32,098 bases of DNA from Octopus bimaculoides (taxonomy: Eukaryota). This document shows positions 23,476 to 32,098 of the stretch, piece after piece. Where the stretch lies: positions 17,872,717 through 17,904,814 of the forward strand of contig NC_069002.1 of the NCBI RefSeq assembly GCF_001194135.2, written 5' to 3'. The stretch's first letter is position 1. Every line of letters starts with the position of its first letter. The position numbers were made by a program, and so were the translations under genes. The notes below the pieces were generated by a model, which saw only the letters and a program-made list of their open reading frames with translations, was not told the DNA's origin and did not search any database.

Positions 23476-24138
23476 TAGGCACAGGCATGGCTGTGTGGTA
23501 AGAAGCTTGCTTCCCAACCACATGGTTCCAGGTTCAGTGTCACTGCATGGCACCTTGGGCAAGTGTCTTCTATTATATCCTCAGGCTGATCAAAACCTTG
23601 TGAATGGATTTGGCAGACGGAAACTGAAAGAAGCTCGTCATATATATATATATATATATATGATGAGCTTCTTTCAGTTACACACACACACACATATTTA
23701 TGTGTGTGTGTCTGTATTTGTCCCCCCACTGCCATCACTTGACAATCGATACTGGTGTGTTTATGTCCCCTTAATTTAGGCAAAAGAGACAGAGAATAAG
23801 TACTAGGCTTAAAAAAAAAGCCCTGAGATCAATTTATTCAACTAAAAACCCTTCAAGGCAGTGCTCCAGCAGGGCTGTAGTCAAATGACTGAAACAAGTA
23901 AAAGAATAAAAGAATGTGTGTGTGTGTTTGTCCCCTACCACCACCTGACAACGGGTGTTGATAATTTTACATCCCTGTAACTTAGTGGTTCAAGAAAAGA
24001 GTCAGACAGAATAAGTACCAGGTTTAAATTTTAAAAAATAAGTGCTGTGGTGAATTCATTCAAATGAAAACTCTTCAAGGTGGTGGCCCCAGTATGGCCG
24101 CAGTCTAATGACTGAAACAAGTAAAAGATAGAAGATAT
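23476..24138 (+). mobile_element. Composite tRNA-headed SINE with internal (TA)/(CA)/(TG) microsatellite and duplicated 3' module
   Basis: Head 23476-23640, microsatellite, 3' module about 23705-23913 ending gactgaaacaagtaaaagaataaaagaat, then a second 3' module about 23915-24138. Homologous to 26433-26854 on the opposite strand. Confidence 0.85.
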
Positions 24139-25001
24139 CAGAAATAGATGTAGATCATCCAGCAGCAGTGGTGAGAATGCTAGGAGCACATTTCTGTCTC
24201 ATTGGTTTTTGTCAGTTGCATGTACTCTTTGGCAACCACATGCTGTGAAAAATTTGTCACAAGTGATATACAAAAATGGTGACTGAACAACCACCAGTGT
24301 TGCAATTAGCTTTCCGGATATATAAAAATCCTGTGCATCATATCTTATACAAATACATCAAATTACCTATACAAATACAAATGCATAGACTATATTTATA
24401 AAATACAAAGCCAAATTAACTGTGGTATCTCTCTGGAGATGCCAGCCCTAGAAAGGCAGAAATATGCATCTAGCCTTCTCACCAATGCTGGTGGATTATT
24501 TTCATCAGCTACTGTGTTTTTAAACATAATATATCCATATTGAAGTTAATTTGAGCAGCTGTATTGCAAACTTTAGACCCCACTCCATTGATTCTACACC
24601 AATTAGCTTTATGGCTTTCTTGTTAAAGGGGACATAACTCTAATTGTCTTTCTGTTTACCTTCCTTTTTCTGTTCTTTTTTTCACTCTTCCACTTTTTGC
24701 ATCCATTTTCCTCTCATTTTTTTCCTCATGATTTCTCTTGCTCTATTGTCTTGATTTGTAACTTGTATAGATTATGTGCTCAGAGCCCAAAGATTACTTG
24801 GAGAAACTAGGCGTGTTATTAAAATCTGCCTACATAACATCACCAAAGTATGAAACTATTAGTCACTCATAACTAGATACTGTATACATAAAAACAATAT
24901 TTATCTCTTGCCAGATGGAGTACTTTTTTGTTGATTTTTCCCCTTAAAGGAAAAGTAAACTACACACACACACACACATATGCACATATTTAAATAATTG
25001 A

Positions 25002-25241
25002 TAGGGAAGACAGAGTGTACTGTAAGCTTTATTTAGCATGATGATTGTTTTGGCTTACATCTGCACTGTTCTCTAGTGGGTGGGAAACGGTATAATGGAA
25101 TTAAATGTAACCTGATGAGGTTTCTTCTGCACTATGGGGTAATTCCATTATATCATTTTTCCCCCACAAGGGAGCAGCGCAGATGTAAGCCAAAATGAGC
25201 ATTGTGCTAAATAAAGCTTACAATACACTCTGTCTTCCCTG
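25002..25241. mobile_element. Foldback MITE with about 100-bp terminal inverted arms (Tc1/mariner-like, TA at the right flank)
   Basis: 25003-25103 (agggaagacagagtgtactgtaagctttatttagc...ataatggaatta) is the imperfect reverse complement of 25140-25240. Spacer about 36 bp; ta at 25242-25243. Confidence 0.85.
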
Positions 25242-25410
25242 TAGATCCTGTGACTAAAGTGCAAGTACCGCAAATGACACCTGGTAGCTGTATGTGATGA
25301 ACATGCTCTCAAAGCACTCTACTAGGGACATACCCAAAACAAGGTTTGGATACTACATTTTAAAATTTCCTGTCTAAACTTTAATTTTAAACATAAACTA
25401 TATATATATA

Positions 25411-25690
25411 TCATCATCATCATTTAACACCTGCTTTCCATGCTGGCATGGATGAGACAGTTTGACAGGATCCTGCCAAGCAGAAGCCTGCATCAGACTT
25501 CTGCAACTGTTTTGGCAAGATTTTTACAGCCCTTCCTAACACCAACCACTCAGCAGAGTGGACTTAGTGCTTTTTACATGGCACAAGCACTGACAGGGTC
25601 ACCAAGTAACCTGCGGGACAAAAATCTTTTGAGAGGGAAGGGGATATTGGAGGAGGTGATCTTGTGTCAGATGATGAAAGGTTATAGTGA
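25411..25690 (-). mobile_element. RTE 3'-end copy
   Basis: tcatcatcatcatttaacacctgctttccatgctggcatgg...cccttcctaacaccaaccact. Confidence 0.75.
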
Positions 25691-25736
25691 GACAGAGAAG
25701 CAGAAACAGGTGTCTTGCTGTAGAGCAGGCACAAAA

Positions 25737-25879
25737 ACTAGCGTAGCTAGTGGGGGTAGGGGTGGTCCACCCTGGGCGGCACTTTTAGGTCTGCTGTAGG
25801 CAATATGTGTTTTTTGTGGGGTCTGGGGGCGGCAAATGGAAGGGCCACCCTGGGCAGCACACACTCTACCTATATTAGT
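25737..25879. mobile_element. Small GC-rich MITE with Harbinger-like termini
   Basis: actagcgtagctag ... ctacctatattagt form a degenerate inverted pair. Internal direct repeat ccaccctgggc(g/a)gcac at 25767-25782 and 25845-25860. Confidence 0.5.
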
Positions 25880-26023
25880 GGGTACAAGGTTACCCAGCCA
25901 GAGAGAGAGAGAGAGAAAGATCAAGAATGAAGACAGAAACAAGTGCCACCTTAACAATTAGCATAATAATGACAATTTCAAGATTAATTGAAAATAAAGA
26001 AGCTTGTTTCAACAGAAATATGA

Positions 26024-26265
26024 TAACTCTTCAGCATTCATATTTCTCTGTCAAATGTAATGCTTATTTACTCACATTGTTTTGAATTAATCATGCATTA
26101 GCTGATAGGTTTGAGATTTTGAAGACATTCATTTCTTTTTTAGATGACATTGTAAGGTGTGTGTGTGTGTGTGTGTGTGTGTGAGGCTGGATCTGGCCAG
26201 TTTGAACAGAAAGCCAGCAGGATATTTGGGCCTGATATGGCTTGGTTTAAATACTAAAGGGTTAA
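26024..26265 (+). mobile_element. TTAA-bounded piggyBac-like MITE with internal (GT)n expansion
   Basis: taactcttcagcatt ... aatactaaagggttaa; homologous to 12937-13150. Confidence 0.75.
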
Positions 26266-26432
26266 GAAAGTGATTTAAATACAAACTAGTAGAAAGAGTG
26301 TCAGAAGTAACTCTTCAACATTGCTATCAGTTAAAAAGAAAATTGCATCAAAGCTGCATGATAATGGTGTCAAGTGTGGAATGCAGATCATCATATAAAT
26401 AGTTTTATTTTTCTCTTCCGTTTTATTTTGAC

Positions 26433-26854
26433 ATACTCTCTTTACTCTTTTACTTGTTTCAGTCATTTGACTGCGGCCATCCTGGAGCACCGCCTTTAGT
26501 CAAGCAAATCGACCCCAGGACTTATTCTTTGTAAGCCTAGTACTTATTCTATCGGTCTCTTTTTGCCGAACCGCTAAGTTACGGGGACGTAAACACACCA
26601 CCATCAGTTGTCAAGCGATGTTGGGGGGACAAACACAGACACACAAACATACACACATACATATATATATGTATATATATATATACATATATACGACGGG
26701 CTTCTTTCAGTTTCCGTCTACCAAATCCACTCACAAGGCTTTGGTCGGCCCGAGGCTATAGTAGAAGACACTTGCCCAAGGTGCCACGCAGTGGGAATGA
26801 ACCCGGAACCATGTGGTTGATAAGCAAGCTACTTACCACACAGCCACTCCTGCG
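26433..26854 (-). mobile_element. Young, CpG-rich composite tRNA-headed SINE
   Basis: Reverse complement of cgcaggagtggctgtgtggtaagtagcttgct...ggttccgggttcattcccactgcgtggcaccttgggcaagtgtcttct..., then microsatellite, then 3' module ...gactgaaacaagtaaaagagtaaagagagtat. Confidence 0.88.
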
Positions 26855-27159
26855 TCTGCAGCATTGTGTTTTTATTCTTCCCTTCCATTTTACGAACTCA
26901 GTGAGCACATGTGCATTATGTGTTCATACTTCTCTTTCCAGTTCCTACTCAAAACTGCTTACAGATCACAACCATCTCACAAACCTGCATTAATGAGGAG
27001 TACTTTATGCTCCGATGGTTGTGAAAAAATATTGAAACCTCCTTGGCAAGGAAGACTCTTCTGTCTGCAAACTCTAACTACTTGCTTGAGAATAAGAAGA
27101 ACATTATAAATCATTGTTCCTGTTTAAGTCCTCTTTATCAGAAGAAATACTCCCAACAA

Positions 27160-27384
27160 CTAGTGTGGTGGTGGTGATGGTGGTGGTGGTGGTGGTGATG
27201 GTAGTAGAAGGTCATGAATAGAGAATGTTACGTATACTTCTTGTGTTCAACTTTGTTTACACTGTAGAATTATTGCAGTTTTCTTCTTTCTTTTTTCTCA
27301 CTGTATTTTCAAAATTCTTGTCATTTGTAGCATTGGCCTAAATACAAAATTGACAGTTTTCTTATCTCAGCTGTAAATACTCTC

Positions 27385-27436
<52 letters not shown>

Positions 27437-27560
27437 ATATATATATATAGAGAGAGAGGGGGGTAGGAGAAAGAAAGAGAGAGAGGGGGGGTAGGAGAAA
27501 GAAAGAGAGAGAGAAGAGGTGGTGGTGATGGTTGTAGTAGTAGCAGCAGCAGCAGCAGTA
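27160..27560. repeat. Compound microsatellites (GGT)n, (TA)n, (TG)n, (GA)n, (GCA)n, plus a duplicated gagagaggggggtaggagaaagaaaga unit
   Basis: Directly visible. Confidence 0.9.
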
Positions 27561-27655
27561 GTATAATGCAAGGTGATTCTATAATCAAGACTAACGATTA
27601 CCTCACAGATAATAAGCAAATTCAGTGTTGCATCCTGGAGTCACCGAGTTTTACA

Positions 27656-28423
27656 GGTCTTTTCTGTTTGGCTGCCACTTTTCAATTTCTTCAATTTCTG
27701 TTTCAATTGATTTCATATTTGGTGTAATAGTGTAGTTTTGTATGCTACTCATTGACATGAAATTCATTTTTGCCATAAATCAATAAATAAAGAGTTAATA
27801 GCTTTTAAAGTTTGCAAATTTTGGGTAATTTTAGCTATTCGTAAGCCACAAACACATTCATACCCGTTTCCATAGTAACAAGCACATGTGTTGACAAATA
27901 TATTCTACATGAAACCGTGTGTGTGCCGATGCTGTGTTCTGCTGTTTGTGCCCCTCTGTTGCATGACATGACATGTGCTAAAAATAACTGATAAATAGGT
28001 CTTAAATCACACATCCCCAATTTTTTTTGAGGTGGTGGTCACATAATTGTATGAATTCCCATGTGTAAAACACAAATTCGCAAACATTTTCTGAAAATTC
28101 CAAAAAATAATAAAGTTATGAGGAGTTATATGTCGTGGATAAAGCAGATTTTGATTTGTTTACAGTTTCATATTATAACGTGTGCTATTTTCAGAATGAG
28201 AACCCATGCAGTCATGCACAAAATGACCGCTACCAAATCCTGTTTTCTGACTGGGTCAAAATTATCAAACTTCAAACGTCTGTAACTTTTTTTTTTGAAA
28301 TGTTTCTGGAAAAAGTAAAATACCTCCTGAGATTCAGCATGGAAAATTACATCAATACACCAAATTTTAAAATTTTCGCTAAACTTTGAAATTTCCCCAG
28401 GTGCAGCCAAACAGAAAAGATCC
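27656..28423. mobile_element. Putative non-autonomous DNA transposon of about 770 bp with about 20-bp inverted ends
   Basis: ggtcttttctgtttggctgc (27656-27675) versus gcagccaaacagaaaagatcc (28403-28423). AT-rich non-coding interior with weaker internal inverted similarity. Superfamily not identified. Confidence 0.55.
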
Positions 28424-28599
28424 AGTTTTATGGGTCTTACAATATACACCCTGATCCAAGTGACCTCACCAAGGTTGATCCTTCTTACTCTGCACTGTAC
28501 CACTTGTGGACATCAACTCCATCTCAAGAGTACAGTATGTTTTTCATTGAAGATTTTGTGGTTACAGTCTTACCAACTGTATGGTTTGTCAGCCCAAGT

Positions 28600-29075
28600 G
28601 CAGGATTTTTTCCTGAGACACGACTCACGTAGATAGCCATTGGCTCACAATGAGCTCACCCATCCTTTGATAGGTTTTGATTTAAGTCCAGCAGTGTCCA
28701 CTGACCACCTGGCTATTAAACAAGAAGTATTGGGTTACATGGTTCTAGTAGCAGGATTTTCCTGACCAAAAGCCTATGCCTGTGTCCATGTAGCATTCTA
28801 CTGACCCCACAGACCATCTCTTTTCATCAAGAGCTATTGAAATGCATTCTCAGCAGCCTCTAGATTGATTTTGATGTCTCTTCTTCTCACTCCAGTAATG
28901 CATAAGATTCCATAGTATTTACTCATTGAACAACCTGCAAATCCTCAACTGCCCCACTTCACTGGCAAACACTTGGCCTTCCACCCATTCCTGCAGCAAT
29001 TCTCCACCAATTTCTGGTACTTAGTACTCTTCCTCTCTTGTGTCGCCTCCATTTCTTCCTCTGCCCCAGGAGGAT
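28600..29075 (-). mobile_element. HERO/R2-group (restriction-like endonuclease) non-LTR retrotransposon 3' fragment
   Basis: Minus frames read ...EEMEATQERKSTKYQKLVENCCRNGWKAKCLPV..G..GFAGCS...GITGVRRRDIK...EAAENAF..L.MKR. This matches the recalled HERO C-terminus ELTVPWEE.MEEA.ERK..KY..LV..C...GW....PVEVG.RGFAG. Contains stops and frameshifts. Confidence 0.75.
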
Positions 29076-29392
29076 TAACTGCCAGAGCTAAACTGCAAAA
29101 TAAAATGACGTGGTCTCACAAAATGCTAGGAAAGACAGCCAACTATTTTATTTTTTGATTCCTTGTTCTTTTATCCTTGTATACTTTATCTTATTGCTTA
29201 TAAGAGAAGGATTATTTCATCATATCTCAATTCCTTATGGAGATGGATTGTATGCTACACTAACCAAAGTGTATTGTTAGAGAAATAAATGAAACGGCAC
29301 AAATTAAAAGCAAGGTACTTTTTTAAACATTACCTGAGGAGATGCATCTCCACCTGTGGTGTATGACAATTGTTTGTAGAATATTTCACTTG

Positions 29393-29585
29393 TAAGGTGA
29401 CGAGCTGGCAGAAATGTTAGCATGCCAGGCGAAATGCTTAGCAGTATTTTATTTGTCTTTACATTCTGAATTCAAATTCCGCCGAGGTCGACTTTGCCTT
29501 TCATGCTTTCAGGGTACTGGAGTCAATCTAATCAACTGACCCCCTCCCCAAAAATTTCAGGCCTTGTGCCTAGAGTAGAAAAGAA
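29393..29585 (+). mobile_element. Meta-like tRNA SINE with internal deletion
   Basis: taaggtgacgagctggcagaaatgttagc...gaattcaaattccgccgaggtcgactttgcctttcatgctttcaggg then directly tactggagtc, lacking the gataaaataagtaccag core segment. Tail ccttgtgcctagagtagaaaaga. Confidence 0.85.
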
Positions 29586-30206
29586 AATATCTACTTGTAA
29601 GATAATGGTGCATGATGAGTCGAAACAATTGTAGTGCTTCTGAATAAAGAGTCTTGTAAAGTTCATTTTCTGTCTCTCCCATTATTTATACATATACATA
29701 AAAAGTTTTGAATCTTATAAATATAATTATAAAATTATAATAAGGGCAACTACTGAGCAATGTCATATACTAGAAGAAGATGCCAAATGGCTCTAAAACT
29801 ACTTTATTACATAGACATGGGCTGAAAGCAAAGGAACGAACAAAAAAGATTTTTTTTAAAGTTTAGCCATAAATCAATTTCTAGTTTAGTGATGTAATAC
29901 CACTTTACCGTCCTCGGTATGAATTAACCAAAAGTACACAATTATAAACATTTATACATACCATACAAACACAATGTATCGACAGTGCCTATACAAATGT
30001 TCACACAAGTTAAGTCTAGTTTGTTCATCTCAGCCATGGGTGAATAACCAGCATCTTTTTCTAGCATGTGGCATTACTCAGTAGTTGCCCTTGTAATAAT
30101 TTTATATATAAAATCAAATACTTTGTATTAATTTTTACCTAAATTGATTTTTACATGCTAGCTACTTGATAAAACCCTATATAGATTTTATCTTTGATTA
30201 TAATTG

Positions 30207-30236
<30 letters not shown>

Positions 30237-30237
<1 letters not shown>

Positions 30238-30455
30238 TCATCATCATCGTTTAACGTCCGCTTTCCACGCTAGCATGGGTTGGACGATTTGACCAAGGAC
30301 TGGTGAACCAGATGGCTACACCAGGCTCCAATCTGATTTGACAGAGTTTCTACAGCTGGATGCCCTTCCTAACGCCAACCACTCCAAGAGTGTAGTGGGT
30401 GCTTTTACGTGCCACCGGCATGAAGGCCAGTCAGTCAGTACTGGCAACGGCCACA
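30237..30455 (-). mobile_element. Young RTE 3'-end copy flanked by (CA)n/(TA)n, before gap N 30495-31305
   Basis: Nearly identical to 46-270. Confidence 0.85.
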
Positions 30456-30457
30456 CT

Positions 30458-30494
<37 letters not shown>

Positions 30495-31305
30495 NNNNNN
30501 NNNNNNNNNNNNNNNNNNNNNNNNNNNNNNNNNNNNNNNNNNNNNNNNNNNNNNNNNNNNNNNNNNNNNNNNNNNNNNNNNNNNNNNNNNNNNNNNNNNN
30601 NNNNNNNNNNNNNNNNNNNNNNNNNNNNNNNNNNNNNNNNNNNNNNNNNNNNNNNNNNNNNNNNNNNNNNNNNNNNNNNNNNNNNNNNNNNNNNNNNNNN
30701 NNNNNNNNNNNNNNNNNNNNNNNNNNNNNNNNNNNNNNNNNNNNNNNNNNNNNNNNNNNNNNNNNNNNNNNNNNNNNNNNNNNNNNNNNNNNNNNNNNNN
30801 NNNNNNNNNNNNNNNNNNNNNNNNNNNNNNNNNNNNNNNNNNNNNNNNNNNNNNNNNNNNNNNNNNNNNNNNNNNNNNNNNNNNNNNNNNNNNNNNNNNN
30901 NNNNNNNNNNNNNNNNNNNNNNNNNNNNNNNNNNNNNNNNNNNNNNNNNNNNNNNNNNNNNNNNNNNNNNNNNNNNNNNNNNNNNNNNNNNNNNNNNNNN
31001 NNNNNNNNNNNNNNNNNNNNNNNNNNNNNNNNNNNNNNNNNNNNNNNNNNNNNNNNNNNNNNNNNNNNNNNNNNNNNNNNNNNNNNNNNNNNNNNNNNNN
31101 NNNNNNNNNNNNNNNNNNNNNNNNNNNNNNNNNNNNNNNNNNNNNNNNNNNNNNNNNNNNNNNNNNNNNNNNNNNNNNNNNNNNNNNNNNNNNNNNNNNN
31201 NNNNNNNNNNNNNNNNNNNNNNNNNNNNNNNNNNNNNNNNNNNNNNNNNNNNNNNNNNNNNNNNNNNNNNNNNNNNNNNNNNNNNNNNNNNNNNNNNNNN
31301 NNNNN

Positions 31306-31356
<51 letters not shown>

Positions 31357-31960
31357 ATGTATAAAAGCAAAATTTAGGTTAGTTAAAATATGTTTGTGAC
31401 ATATTTCAACTGTTAAAAAGCAAATTCACTGCAGTTACTGTGGAGAAAATATCTCTCTTTTGGTAATAAGATGTGAAAATACCCAGTTTGTTTGGTGTTG
31501 CCATCTATCAGGAATCCCAGACATCGATGTTATGAGTTTTTTGACTCTTGACTGATTTGTGCTGAGAGATCACCCAATCGAGGAAAATGATGAAATGTTA
31601 GCACAGCTGTCAGCTGAGTCTGTGATAAAGACTGTACTGCCAACTGAACTTTCAAGGGAAGGTGAGGCATGTTTTCTCTGTACAGTCGCCGTTATGAAAG
31701 AGTATACTTGGAGGACCAGAATGAAAGGAGTCGCAACAGGAAACTTTATCTCCAGCCCAAGCTTGCTATATTTCTTCAGGAGCAAGATAGGGCTGGAGAG
31801 AAGATGTCTGTCGTGAGGCATATATGAGAAAAGATGGAAGGATGTTGTGAAGAAGTTGGGAGTGACTGTCCCTACTTAATCACATGGCAGAAGGGTGCAG
31901 TTTCTGGCCTTCTGGACCACAGTCAGTGTTTTAAAATTTTTAATCATATATATATATATA

Positions 31961-32098
31961 GCAATAAGAAAATGGAGGGGAATATGTGGTACTCATCCAC
32001 TTGCAGACATTGTATTATGTCAATTTACAGGTAAATTGACATAATACAATGTCTGCAAGTTGATGAGTACCACATATTCCCCTCCATTTTCTTATTGC
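31961..32098. repeat. Near-perfect palindrome/hairpin (68-bp arms, 2-nt loop)
   Basis: 31961-32028 is the reverse complement of 32031-32098 with one mismatch (31998 c / 32061 t). Preceded by (TA)n. Confidence 0.95.

Noticed and set aside
23393-23783. 128-aa and 114-aa ORFs
   Set aside because: They are read-throughs of a composite SINE and its microsatellite.
30338-31399. ORFs over 300 aa
   Set aside because: Almost entirely the 811-bp N gap.

Overview
AT-rich animal genomic DNA with five assembly gaps and abundant (TA)n/(CA)n microsatellites. The repeat repertoire resembles an octopod cephalopod; this is an inference from recalled repeat motifs, not a database result. The only host gene I can support is the 3' end of a TMEM39A/B orthologue on the + strand. 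It has three coding exons (9227-9411, 12192-12312, 14024-14254) with consistent GT-AG phases, encoding 178 aa, and a likely poly(A) signal near 14669. Its upstream exons appear to lie before the window. The rest is mostly mobile DNA: RTE-clade LINEs (one with an in-frame internal deletion fusing the endonuclease start to RT), many RTE 3'-end copies, tRNA-derived SINEs (Meta-like, V-like and a composite family), fragments of a mariner transposase, a CR1/L2 LINE and a HERO-like LINE, and several MITE/foldback elements. The most unusual structures are a near-perfect 138-bp hairpin ending at the last base, an interlocked inverted/direct repeat at about 19.9-20.6 kb, and oppositely oriented SINEs bracketing a frame-preserving 306-nt exon pair. 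I do not see convincing evidence of a new biological system.
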